A stretch of DNA of 64,000 bases from an uncultured bacterium (GTDB lineage: Bacteria > Patescibacteriota > Minisyncoccia > UBA6257 > 2-01-FULL-56-20): contig OY970358.1 in NCBI GenBank assembly GCA_963718575.1, forward strand, positions 98,723-162,722, written 5' to 3'. This document shows, one piece after another, positions 10,137-19,418 of this stretch. A program made the translations under genes and the position numbers. Under the pieces are notes generated by a model. It was not told the DNA's origin and searched no databases. It was given only the letters and a program-made list of their open reading frames with translations. Positions within the stretch are counted from its first letter, which is position 1, and each line of letters begins with the position of its first letter.

Positions 10137-10459
10137 TAAAAAAGAACAGCTCAGTCGGCTATTCTTTTGTTTCTCTCTTCCGAAATTACGATTCGATAAT
10201 TTTGTCCGCAGCCTTCTCAATTTTCCGTTCGCGCCACGCCCGTAGAATCGCCCCCGCGATGATGAGAGCGAAGATGGTGAGCGGTACTCCGCCGAAGATC
10301 AAGAGAATAATGATTGTTTCCATACGACACTGTTTTTTTGATATGCGACCTTTCACAACAATCAATGCCGCAATGGCGGGGCAAGTCCAGCGCCAAAAAG
10401 CATTGTCAAAACGGCCCAAAGCGTGATACCTTTGTAAGTAATTGAATATAAGATTGATC

Positions 10460-10610
10460 GCCTAAACCGCGCCTTCGCGTGGCATGGCATTACGCAGAAT
10501 CTCCCTTCCAGATACCAAACGCCACGTTTGGCGACTTCTGGAAGGGAGTCACTCCGAAAGGAGTGGGGCCGCAAGGCCTAAGCCAGCGTGGCGTTTTGTG
10601 TTCTGCAAAA
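10460..10610. promoter_or_regulatory. Highly structured non-coding element: ~48-bp imperfect palindrome (10501-10548), GAAA-tetraloop hairpin (10550-10565) and further inverted copies of AAACGCCACG
   Basis: Half-site ctcccttccaga...tctggaagggag surrounds ccaaacg-cca-cgtttgg. This segment lies inside the spurious 5' extension of ORF 10484. It is a candidate att site for the flanking serine recombinases, or an RNA leader. Confidence 0.45.
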
Positions 10611-10627
10611 CCCACGCCATCATTCCA

Positions 10628-11539
10628 ATGGCGATATATTCCATAGAAAACCATGCAGCAAAAAAAATCCCGGCCGTGAAGGTCGGGCTTGAGAAGGACG
10701 TGCAGAAAATATTCGAGAAAAACCTCGAGGAGATTTTAGACATCACATTCCTCGCGTCCGAATATCGGACGAGCTTCGGCGGCCGGATGGACACGCTCGG
10801 CATCGATCACAACGGCTCCCCAGTCATCATCGAATACAAACGCGGTCAGAACGATAGCGTCATCAACCAAGGCCTCTCGTATCTCCGATGGCTTTTAGAT
10901 CATAAGGCTGACTTCGAGGCGCTCACGCATCGTGCCAATATTGCGACCGCCATCGATTGGGCATCGCCGCGCGTGATCTGCGTTGCCGAGAGCTACAACA
11001 AATTCGATCTCGACACGGCCGATCTTCTGCCGATGGATATTGAGCTACTCCGTTACCGGATATATGAAAATAATATCCTCCTTGTTGAACCCGAGGTGCA
11101 ACGCAAGGTGAAAATATCAACGTCGGATATTTTCGAGAAGGCGGAGAAGCCTAAGGGCGAGTTCAGGGAAAAAATCCGACACAGCGTCGATGATCATCTG
11201 AAAACAGCGAGCCCGCAGACCCGTGAGCTTTTCGCCGCCGTCAGAGAAAAGATAACCGCCCTCGATGAATCCATTATCGAGGAATCAAAGGCAAAATACA
11301 TTGCCTATAAGCTGACGACGAACTTCGTGGACATCGTCGTCTACAAGGACTCGCTCAAGCTATTTTTGAATGTGCCGAGCGGCACGCTGATCGATTCCTC
11401 CGTGATCGCCCGAGATCTCACGAAGCCCAAGGCGATCGGCCACTGGGGCAACGGCGACTATGAAGTGAAGCTCGAACGCAACGAAGATATGGATGCCGTA
11501 ATGGGTTTGATTAAGCAGAGCTACGAATATAACAAATAA
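10628..11539 (+). CDS. PD-(D/E)xK (NucS/DUF91-like) nuclease domain protein with a C-terminal DUF5655-like domain
   Basis: Motif GGRMDTLGIDHNGSPVIIEYKRG (D..E.K). I place the real start at MAIYSIENH (10628) rather than the ORF-track start, because the upstream 48 codons are palindromic non-coding DNA. Confidence 0.6.
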   Translation: MAIYSIENHAAKKIPAVKVGLEKDVQKIFEKNLEEILDITFLASEYRTSFGGRMDTLGIDHNGSPVIIEYKRGQNDSVINQGLSYLRWLLDHKADFEALTHRANIATAIDWASPRVICVAESYNKFDLDTADLLPMDIELLRYRIYENNILLVEPEVQRKVKISTSDIFEKAEKPKGEFREKIRHSVDDHLKTASPQTRELFAAVREKITALDESIIEESKAKYIAYKLTTNFVDIVVYKDSLKLFLNVPSGTLIDSSVIARDLTKPKAIGHWGNGDYEVKLERNEDMDAVMGLIKQSYEYNK

Positions 11540-11550
11540 GTTTTTCGAGC

Positions 11551-12975
11551 ATGGCGAAAACCCGATCGGCCACGACGCAGGAAAATATCGCAGTTCGCTA
11601 CTGTCTCTATGCCCGTAAGTCGATGGAAGACGAGGAACGCCAAGCGCTTTCCATAGATTCGCAGCTTAACGAGATGCGGAAAATAGCGGAACGTGACGGT
11701 CTTATGGTTGCCATTGAAAAAATCGAATCGCATTCGGCCAAGGATTCCGGAACGCGTAAGGTGTTCAACCAGATGATCGGCGAGATCAAGGAAGGAAAGT
11801 ACAACGCGATCCTCACATGGAATCCCGACCGCTTGAGCCGTAACGCGGGAGACCTGGGTAAGCTCGTCGATCTCATGGATCAGCAACGGCTCTTCGAGAT
11901 TCGGACGTTCAACCAAAAATTCTCGAACACCCCTAACGAAAAGTTTCTGCTGATGATTTTGTGCAGTCAGGCGAAACTGGAAAACGACAACAAGCGCGAC
12001 AACGTCCAACGCGGCCTCCGGGCGCGGGCGCAAATGGGACTCTTCCCGACCTCGACTCCGATCGGCTATCTCACGTCGAACGACCGGAACCGGCCCTGCG
12101 AAAAGGACATCGATCCCGTGCGCGCGCCCGTCGTGAGGGAAATGTTCGAGAAGGTCGCCTACGAGCGTTACTCGTGCCATGACGTGCTCCGGTGGCTCGA
12201 GAAAATAAATTTCCGTTCGCCGAACAACAAGCTGGTGAGCCTGAGCACCGTGCAGAACATCCTGCGACGCACCTTTTATTACGGCCAGTACGAGTATCCG
12301 AGAGGCAGCGGAACGTGGTATCAAGGCATTCATACACCGATCGTCACGAAGGAATTGTTCGAACGCGCGCAGGAACAAATGGAACATTACAATCACGGCC
12401 ACGCGAAGGGGCGTAAGTCGACTCCGGAGTCGTTCGCCTTCCTCCGGCTCATCCGTTGCGGCAACTGCGGCGCGGGCATCACGGGTTCCGATACGTACAA
12501 GCATTTGAAAAACGGTAAGGTGCTCTTCTACCGCTATTACGCCTGCACGCAAGGCAAGAGCCGTTGGTGCCGGGAGCCCAGCATTAACGAAGTTGATCTC
12601 ATAGCGCAGCTTCTCGAAATGTTCGACCAGCTCGACATCGATCTCATAGGGACGAGGGCCCAGCTCGAGGCGGAGATCGAGAAATGGTACCGCATCGACG
12701 CCTTTGTGAGCGGCCAGCCCGTTCCGGAGCGGTCGCGGGAACGGAAGGAAATGGATTTGCGCGGATACGCGAAGGCGATATTCGAGGACGGGAGCGTCGA
12801 AGAACGAAGGGCGATGCTCCAGCATCTTAAGAGCCGCCTCATCCTCAAGGACAAGCACGTTTATCTCGACACCCTTCCGGCGGAAATAGCGGCAAAGGTT
12901 CCGCAGCCGCCCGAAGACGTGGAGAAAGATCCTCGGCTTGTGATCCGGCGCGGGCGGCGATTGCCGAAGGCATAA
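11551..12975 (+). CDS. Large serine recombinase, LSR2 (paralog of LSR1)
   Basis: YCLYARKSMEDEERQALSIDSQ... is about 60% identical to LSR1 over the catalytic and recombinase domains. A CxxC zinc ribbon (CGNCGAG) is present. The protein is 474 aa. Confidence 0.85.
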   Translation: MAKTRSATTQENIAVRYCLYARKSMEDEERQALSIDSQLNEMRKIAERDGLMVAIEKIESHSAKDSGTRKVFNQMIGEIKEGKYNAILTWNPDRLSRNAGDLGKLVDLMDQQRLFEIRTFNQKFSNTPNEKFLLMILCSQAKLENDNKRDNVQRGLRARAQMGLFPTSTPIGYLTSNDRNRPCEKDIDPVRAPVVREMFEKVAYERYSCHDVLRWLEKINFRSPNNKLVSLSTVQNILRRTFYYGQYEYPRGSGTWYQGIHTPIVTKELFERAQEQMEHYNHGHAKGRKSTPESFAFLRLIRCGNCGAGITGSDTYKHLKNGKVLFYRYYACTQGKSRWCREPSINEVDLIAQLLEMFDQLDIDLIGTRAQLEAEIEKWYRIDAFVSGQPVPERSRERKEMDLRGYAKAIFEDGSVEERRAMLQHLKSRLILKDKHVYLDTLPAEIAAKVPQPPEDVEKDPRLVIRRGRRLPKA

Positions 12976-12983
12976 ACAAGATC

Positions 12984-13658
12984 ATGGTATCCGACGAACG
13001 CATAAAAGAATTTAAGGTGATCCTCGAAAAAGAACGGGGCCTGGAGGTGACGTGGGAAGAAGCTGAGAAAGGCGCTTACCAGCTTGATGCACTCGCCAAC
13101 TTTATGTTCGACACGTGGCTCGAGGACGAGCGAAGAAAAAAGAAGCTGAAAGAATCCCCGAAAGGATTCTGCCTTGATGGTGTCGGCTATAGCTGCTTCA
13201 TCTGCGGCGACGGAACACCAAAAGATGGTAATTGGTACGACAAGTACGGCATCAAGTGCCTCGTCTGCCAGAAAGCCATCGACAAGAAAATAATTCCCGC
13301 GATGGCGGCAAAGCATCGGGACAGCTGGTATTCAAAATATGATTTGGAAAGCCGTTTCAACATCAAGTACCACGCGTTGAACCGTTTTATGAAGATGGGC
13401 GTCCTGAAGCCACGCATCGTTCCCGACGAGTCCGGCAGACCCCACTGCTATCTCTTTCTTATTAAAGATCAGAAAGACATACTGCCGCCGAAAAAACTGA
13501 CCGAATCAAAAATGGTGAGAGAAGTTAAGGACGGGAAAGAATATTTCCGTTCGTTGCCGTGGTACCGCTTCGTTGATCCATGGGAAGCGCTTAAAGGTTA
13601 TAAGATTATGGACCACATGCGTCCTAAACAGGAAGCCGAGATCGCTACCACTCCTTGA
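12984..13658 (+). CDS. hypothetical protein with CxxC...CxxC zinc-ribbon (possible RDF/regulator)
   Basis: CFICGD...CLVCQ motif. It starts 8 bp after the LSR2 stop. Function unknown. Confidence 0.4.
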   Translation: MVSDERIKEFKVILEKERGLEVTWEEAEKGAYQLDALANFMFDTWLEDERRKKKLKESPKGFCLDGVGYSCFICGDGTPKDGNWYDKYGIKCLVCQKAIDKKIIPAMAAKHRDSWYSKYDLESRFNIKYHALNRFMKMGVLKPRIVPDESGRPHCYLFLIKDQKDILPPKKLTESKMVREVKDGKEYFRSLPWYRFVDPWEALKGYKIMDHMRPKQEAEIATTP

Positions 13659-14112
13659 CGACGATCTCGCCTTTTTCGTAAGACACCCAAACCATCTTTG
13701 ATCCTTTTGGTTCAACATCTTTCAACGCCTCCGGAAGTTTTTCCAGCATTGTTTTAGTGTCGGATTCGTCCATTGGCAAGACGACGGTGACCTTCTCATA
13801 TTTTATGATGCGCTCGATTCTGGCATCCGGCTTTTTCTTTTTCAAATAATCCCAAAGCTTCGTTAGAGATTTTGTAAATGCTCCCCATAAAAGACCGTCG
13901 CGCAACCATCCCCAGAGACTGAAATCCGTGAAGATTAGTTTTATAACCTCGTATACTTCCGGCAGGCCGCTTTTTTCTATATATTGAAAAACTTCGGCGT
14001 CGAATTCCTGGTCATGAAAGATCTGGGCAACCTCTTCGCGCTCTTCGTCGGTAAGGCCCTTAATACTGATCTCTATTCGATTATTTTTTGGGACGGAATC
14101 CATTTCACTCAT
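13645..14112 (-). CDS. hypothetical protein (translationally coupled to the upstream DUF2779 nuclease gene)
   Basis: The start MSEMDSVP overlaps the DUF2779 stop (ATGA). The protein is acidic and I recognise no domains. Confidence 0.4.
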   Translation of the reverse strand: MSEMDSVPKNNRIEISIKGLTDEEREEVAQIFHDQEFDAEVFQYIEKSGLPEVYEVIKLIFTDFSLWGWLRDGLLWGAFTKSLTKLWDYLKKKKPDARIERIIKYEKVTVVLPMDESDTKTMLEKLPEALKDVEPKGSKMVWVSYEKGEIVVKEW

Positions 14113-15566
14113 TTTATTTCTTTTTCTAAATTCTCCAAAATCCGCACCATTGCCATCGTATCGAGACCACAATACGTAAGCATGTCGCTTTTGATTTTCT
14201 CTCTCTCGGCCAGAGGCGTTTTTGAATCAATAAGTCGCGGCCAAGTCACCGAAGCGGTTCCACCTTCCTGAATGGCAAGTTCCTTGTAGGACAGCTCGGG
14301 CACCATGACCGGGAGAACGGCCTTGATGGACGCGCTGCCGTGAAATCCCGCATCAACATATAACTTCTTCTTGAATATGACCATGAGATCATAAACGCGG
14401 CCGTTCACCGCGTCCATGAACTCCGCATATTCGGGATAGTATTGCCCTATCTCCTTATTCCTCGGCACCTCAAATGAGGCGTACCACACGATGACGGTCC
14501 CCTTCGTGCCGATATCTTTTTCGAGCTGCGCGACCATCGCCGGTATGGGATTTTCGTCCTTCTCTGCCAGAAATTCTTTTTGCTCGACTTTGGCATCAGG
14601 CGCTTTCTTCATATGCAGCGAATATTGAAACACAATCTTCTGCCACGGGCGCGTGCCGTCGAAGGGCGGTATGGGCGATGCGAACGTCTCATAGTCCAAG
14701 AAATAGATCGGGTACACGAGCGTCGCAAGCTCTTTCTTTATCACCGCAGCGTCCACTGTTTTTGCTACGGGTTTGTATCCGAGACCCCGGAGAAAGACCG
14801 GAGAGAACGAATTACCATCGAGTACTCCTTTCTGCAACAAGCTGAGGACGAATGCTGTCGGCCAATTCTTAACGTCTAGCTTTTTTGTTGGAGCTTGAGA
14901 AAGATAGGTCTCCAAATACTCGCACGAGCCGGTCTTTGAATTGCAAGAAAGGATGACGCGATTCTCTGGGTAATCTTTGATGGCGAGGATAACACGTGCG
15001 TCGGCTATACCTTCTTTGACCTCGGGTATCAGTTCACGTGCCTCTTCTGTGACGTCTTCGGTAATAAAAAGCTTTGCGAGTTCGATGTCCCCCTTTCGGA
15101 CATATTCGTTGTTCACGTGGATCAAATATGTCTTCCCCACTTTGATGCCTGCTTCTTCAAAACAAATGAGCTGGAACGCGACGTCGTGGAGATCTTCCGG
15201 CCGAACTTTGGTTGCACTCTTCACTTCGCGAATGTCGTAGACATCTGCCGTTGGGTCATAAGTCACGATGTCCGCGCGGCACGTAAGGCCGCTCTTCGTA
15301 ATGACGGTCGGCTGGAAAATAACCTTGGTCTTTTTGTCGAAGAGTTCCTTACTCTTGCGCCAACCCTCTTCGCCAAACTCAAAAGGCTCTACGCCATCTT
15401 TGAAGAGCTTCTTCGCGAGCGCATCCACCTTTTCGCCTTCCTGTTCATGAAAGAGTCCTGACGCCGAATGAGGCGGCATAAGATGTTTGCCCTTTCGTTC
15501 CATCCAAAGATAGCAGCCGCATTCCAGATAATTCTTATAATCGGTTTTGGTGAATAGTTCGGCCAT
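14109..15566 (-). CDS. Dual nuclease: N-terminal Cas4/RecB-like PD-(D/E)xK domain with Cys cluster plus C-terminal DUF2779 (RNase H-fold exonuclease-like)
   Basis: Has N-terminal cysteines (ECGCYLW... CNSKTGSCEY), a D..EVK motif (YDIREVKSATK), and the DUF2779 hallmark YFLDYETF...QYSLH. Confidence 0.6.
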   Translation of the reverse strand: MAELFTKTDYKNYLECGCYLWMERKGKHLMPPHSASGLFHEQEGEKVDALAKKLFKDGVEPFEFGEEGWRKSKELFDKKTKVIFQPTVITKSGLTCRADIVTYDPTADVYDIREVKSATKVRPEDLHDVAFQLICFEEAGIKVGKTYLIHVNNEYVRKGDIELAKLFITEDVTEEARELIPEVKEGIADARVILAIKDYPENRVILSCNSKTGSCEYLETYLSQAPTKKLDVKNWPTAFVLSLLQKGVLDGNSFSPVFLRGLGYKPVAKTVDAAVIKKELATLVYPIYFLDYETFASPIPPFDGTRPWQKIVFQYSLHMKKAPDAKVEQKEFLAEKDENPIPAMVAQLEKDIGTKGTVIVWYASFEVPRNKEIGQYYPEYAEFMDAVNGRVYDLMVIFKKKLYVDAGFHGSASIKAVLPVMVPELSYKELAIQEGGTASVTWPRLIDSKTPLAEREKIKSDMLTYCGLDTMAMVRILENLEKEIK

Positions 15567-15567
15567 T

Positions 15568-15792
15568 TCAATTAAAATTCTTCATTAATGTCGCTACTTT
15601 TTCACCTGCGTATTTCAAAATTTCCGGCGCACACTCCTTACAATAATTTTTCGATCCGAGACTATTCCTTTCGCGAATTAATAGGTGCGATTCTCCGGCC
15701 TGTATCTTGTGCTTTTTGGTCCTATGACACTTCCGCGACTTAATTGCCGTATCAATAGAAACATGAACGAGGATGTCCCTAGTTTGCGCCAT
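15568..15792 (-). CDS. small zinc-finger protein, hypothetical
   Basis: A 74-aa protein with KCHRTKKH...YCKEC. It overlaps the helicase stop by 14 bp. Confidence 0.3.
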   Translation of the reverse strand: MAQTRDILVHVSIDTAIKSRKCHRTKKHKIQAGESHLLIRERNSLGSKNYCKECAPEILKYAGEKVATLMKNFN

Positions 15793-17866
15793 GTTGTTTC
15801 TTTTGGGCTTCTTCGATGCGACTCTTTATTTCATCGCCAACTGCGTCGAGCTCCTCCATACCCGTCTCCGCCTGGGTTGCGGACAATGTGCTGCGTTTTT
15901 TCTTTTCTATTCCCGCTTTCCGGTTCACGCCAGACTGCACCATGCGGATTGCCGCAACAAGGTTCGCAGCGCCTCCGGCTTCCTGTGGGAGCAAGCGGCT
16001 CAGCTCAAAACCGCCTACTGATAAATTAAGATCTTTAAGAATCCGCGCGGCAACCGACTTCGGTCGATCGGCAAGCCGCTTGCGGGCCCCAATCCTCCGT
16101 TTTTGAGGCGATACGGGTATTATCTGCGGCGTGGCATCCAGTACTTCTTTTTGAGCTTCTTTCAATTTCGCCCTCAATTCGTCGCGCGTGAAAAATTTTC
16201 TGAACGGAACGCCCGCACCCGGCACAACGATATCCAAAATCTTGTCGATGATGCGATCGTCATTTGGATCAAGAAACGACTGTTTTACAAAATTGCTTAT
16301 GATCTCGTCGTGGACCATCATGTCTTTGTCGAAGCGGCGCGGTCGCCCGCCGCCACCACTGCCATCACCATCATCATCCTTGGTTGGTTGCTCTTCAAGC
16401 CATCGCCGAAACACCTCTTGGTCTTCAAGGTCGAATTCTCGGAAGTCACGCCAATTTCCATCATTATTGAGGCCGACGTGAGAAACCACATATCCGTGGT
16501 TCGCCGGATTGCTCGGATCGTCCTGAAACATGACCCGCATGATGCGTCCCACGAACTGGACATATGGGGAAAGGCTGCGGAACGGCCGGAAGATCGCCGC
16601 CACGCTGAGTGGCGGATGATCAAACCCCTCACCGAGCATCTGGACTTGCACGATACAGTCTATTTTTCCATCCTCCAGCTCCTGGAGAACTTTCTCCTGC
16701 TTGGTCGCATCCATCTCGCTATATATCTCGCGTGCGCTGACGTTCCGCTGTTCATAAAGCGTCCGGATCTGACGGGCGTGGTCGATGGAACAGGCCGCTG
16801 CGATGATCTGCTGTTTTTGCCCGGTCTTCGCTCGTAGCTCTCTCATGCGCTGGATGCTCGCGTCAACGATGTGGGCGTTACACTCGGGAGCAAGAGCAAC
16901 GCCATGACGAAACCATGATTCTTCTCGCAACTCCATAACTTCTTCCAAGGTGTGCCGCTTTGTGTCTCCTCTATAGGTGAAATAAATTTCCGAAGGCGCG
17001 ACATTGATCGAATGTATCTGCTTAATATACCCCGCAAGCATCGCTTTCGAATATGGGAAGCGGTACACGACTTCGCCGGTAACGCGCTGACCGTCGCTTC
17101 TGAACGGGGTTGCCGTCAAACTGGCAACTTTCGCCTCAGGGAATCGCTCAAAAACCTTCTTCCAACTTTCGGCCACATTGTGATGCCCTTCATCAACAAG
17201 AATCATGTCGAAGAAATTGGGAGGGAACTGCGGTAACCATCTGTCGGCAGAGCTCGCGAGCTGCTGGATATTCGTAACCACATACTGGCTTTCCGTGCAG
17301 TCATGTATGTTCGCATTCGGGCCATCGAGCAGCGCGACGAAGGGTCCATCGGCGAACGAAGAAAGAACTTTTGTTTTGCCAAGGAAGAATTTGGGATGTC
17401 CCACTTCAAGCGCCTCGTAGATACCTTTGCGTATCGTCGTATTCGGCGCGATCACCAAAACACGTCCCTGCGAGATTCCAAAAGGTAACGTAGCGATGAT
17501 GCCAGTTTTGCCGCATCCGACCGGAATTTGAATAATGGCGGGCGCACGATGCTTTTCGAAATATTCACGTACCGCTTTATGGGCTTCCCGTTGCGGCTCG
17601 CGAAGCCGCTCATTATTTTCTATGTCGGCGATGGACTTCACAAAAATATCCCCGGGATTGATCTGCTCGGCTCGCTTATATTCGAGGCGCAACGGCTCCA
17701 AGTCGGCGCGTTTATAATAACGGTAATCATTTCCCGGATGCCGCACCGATTTGAGCTTCCCTTCAGCATCCCATCGGCGAAGGGTCTGTGCAGATATACC
17801 CAGAAACCGAGCTGCCTGCTGGATAGTGAGATATTCTTTTTCCTGTTCGTTATCAGCCATACCCAA
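15779..17866 (-). CDS. MerR/excisionase-type HTH fused to DEAD/DEAH (ResIII-like) SF2 helicase with an uncharacterised C-terminal domain
   Basis: HTH (LTIQQAARFLGISAQTLRRWD), Walker A (PVGCGKTGI), DEGH (LVDEGHH), helicase C motifs, and a Gly-rich linker (GDGSGGGGRP). Confidence 0.7.
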   Translation of the reverse strand: MGMADNEQEKEYLTIQQAARFLGISAQTLRRWDAEGKLKSVRHPGNDYRYYKRADLEPLRLEYKRAEQINPGDIFVKSIADIENNERLREPQREAHKAVREYFEKHRAPAIIQIPVGCGKTGIIATLPFGISQGRVLVIAPNTTIRKGIYEALEVGHPKFFLGKTKVLSSFADGPFVALLDGPNANIHDCTESQYVVTNIQQLASSADRWLPQFPPNFFDMILVDEGHHNVAESWKKVFERFPEAKVASLTATPFRSDGQRVTGEVVYRFPYSKAMLAGYIKQIHSINVAPSEIYFTYRGDTKRHTLEEVMELREESWFRHGVALAPECNAHIVDASIQRMRELRAKTGQKQQIIAAACSIDHARQIRTLYEQRNVSAREIYSEMDATKQEKVLQELEDGKIDCIVQVQMLGEGFDHPPLSVAAIFRPFRSLSPYVQFVGRIMRVMFQDDPSNPANHGYVVSHVGLNNDGNWRDFREFDLEDQEVFRRWLEEQPTKDDDGDGSGGGGRPRRFDKDMMVHDEIISNFVKQSFLDPNDDRIIDKILDIVVPGAGVPFRKFFTRDELRAKLKEAQKEVLDATPQIIPVSPQKRRIGARKRLADRPKSVAARILKDLNLSVGGFELSRLLPQEAGGAANLVAAIRMVQSGVNRKAGIEKKKRSTLSATQAETGMEELDAVGDEIKSRIEEAQKKQHGAN

Positions 17867-17940
17867 GATTATACATCCTTACCTAAAATCAATGCAATAG
17901 GCAAAATAATGTAGAAAAAACATGGCTTTTAAAGAGCATG

Positions 17941-19410
17941 CTACATCTCCACGTACCCTATCTTCGGCAACCCGAGCCCGTGCATTTTGACCATCCCCCA
18001 TATTAACCAAACAAACGCGTCACAGAGATCGTCGTGTTTTTCGTTACCCAATCCAAAGATCTGCTGGAGTAATTGCTCGCAGCCGACGCGTGGGAATAAA
18101 ACCGTGCCGTTCTTTATATACGGCGCAATCACCTCGAGCCGCGTGCGCTTGTCTTTCATCGCCACCATGCGCTCAACGGAGAGCAATGCATTTTCCATCT
18201 CCTGCGCCACAGCTTCCCCGACGTTGTTCTGCTCGCAATAGAAGAGATGCATGCCGTCGTGATCCATCTTCTTCATGAACTTTATAAACTCCGCGAGCCG
18301 CACGTGCTCGTTATACGGGTTTGGCATGACGTAAAGCTTCGCCTGATCGCCGCCTTCAAAGAGGAATGCCTTGCCATCCACCATCGCCATGAAGTCGGCG
18401 GATTCTTTCTGTGATAACGCGCAGTCGATGCCGTGCCCAGTGAATCCCGCGTCGGTCACCACGTGATCGAGCCCTTTCTTGTCGGTATACGTCTCCGGCA
18501 ATGTATCGTAGTAGCGGATGTCTTCCGGCTTCACCACCTGATCGGCGGGCGGCACGATCTGCAACAAATATTCGCGGGAGAATGCCGTGGCTCCCACGAG
18601 CTCGGCTTGTTTCTTAATCGCCACGGCCGTCGGAAAGAGTGCGGGCCATGCGCAATGTTTTGCGAGCCCCGCGTAATCGGTGCCGCGATAATCCCCTGCA
18701 AGCCGATACTCAAGCACCTTGTCCATGCGATCCTTCATGCGGGCAAGGAGGCAATCGTCGTGGAGCAGGTTTCCGATAAGGACAAGCTTGCGCCGTTGGG
18801 GATCAAGCGCCGGGATTACCTCGTTCACGAGCCAGTTCTCGCTCTTATCGCGATTGCCCTGCGTCTTCACCCACTCCGTATCTTCGGGATCGTCAAGAAT
18901 GAGCAGTGAGGGACGCGCGTGGCCGTGTTTGATGCCACGGATCTTCTGCCCGCGCGACCTGGCAATGATGCGAACGCCGTTTGAGAGAAGGAGGTTCTGT
19001 TTCTGCCATTCTTCCCCTTTGATCTTCCACTCCTCAGGATCTTTCCCTTTCACGATGCCGAAGTCCGCCTTCAGGACAAAATTATTGTCGAGCTCGCGCT
19101 TGATGTTTGCGATCACCTGGCTCGATTGCGAGAATTTGTCGCCGACGAGCACGATGTACTGATACCGTTCGGGATGCACGAGCGCGGCCCAGAGCGGCAG
19201 CGCCAGGCTGCCGTAGAAACTCTTCGCGCTCTGGCGGAACCCCAATATTTCAAGGAACTCGCAGCTGTGATCGCCCAACGCATCCGCCATCTCTTTATGG
19301 AATCCGGCGGGCGGAAGCGAGAGGCCGTCCGCGAGATAGACCTGCGTGAATCCCCAGAGCGTCTTCGCCATCTCCCGCCGGACGTTATAATCTTCGAATT
19401 GGTGTTTCAT
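17941..19410 (-). CDS. terL: Phage terminase large subunit-like protein (ATPase + RNase H-like nuclease)
   Basis: Walker B (LLILDDPED), a C-terminal acidic nuclease motif (HDDLCDAF), size 489 aa, and a small upstream partner gene. Confidence 0.6.
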   Translation of the reverse strand: MKHQFEDYNVRREMAKTLWGFTQVYLADGLSLPPAGFHKEMADALGDHSCEFLEILGFRQSAKSFYGSLALPLWAALVHPERYQYIVLVGDKFSQSSQVIANIKRELDNNFVLKADFGIVKGKDPEEWKIKGEEWQKQNLLLSNGVRIIARSRGQKIRGIKHGHARPSLLILDDPEDTEWVKTQGNRDKSENWLVNEVIPALDPQRRKLVLIGNLLHDDCLLARMKDRMDKVLEYRLAGDYRGTDYAGLAKHCAWPALFPTAVAIKKQAELVGATAFSREYLLQIVPPADQVVKPEDIRYYDTLPETYTDKKGLDHVVTDAGFTGHGIDCALSQKESADFMAMVDGKAFLFEGGDQAKLYVMPNPYNEHVRLAEFIKFMKKMDHDGMHLFYCEQNNVGEAVAQEMENALLSVERMVAMKDKRTRLEVIAPYIKNGTVLFPRVGCEQLLQQIFGLGNEKHDDLCDAFVWLIWGMVKMHGLGLPKIGYVEM

Positions 19411-19418
19411 GACGTTCG

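Noticed and set aside
10484-10627. N-terminal 48 codons of the ORF-track gene 10484..11539
   Set aside because: The segment is a long palindrome/hairpin cluster and encodes an Arg/Trp-rich peptide. The nuclease domain begins cleanly at the internal Met at 10628.
16103-16837. 244-aa plus-strand ORF inside the helicase gene
   Set aside because: Antisense to a motif-rich SF2 helicase, with no recognisable features.
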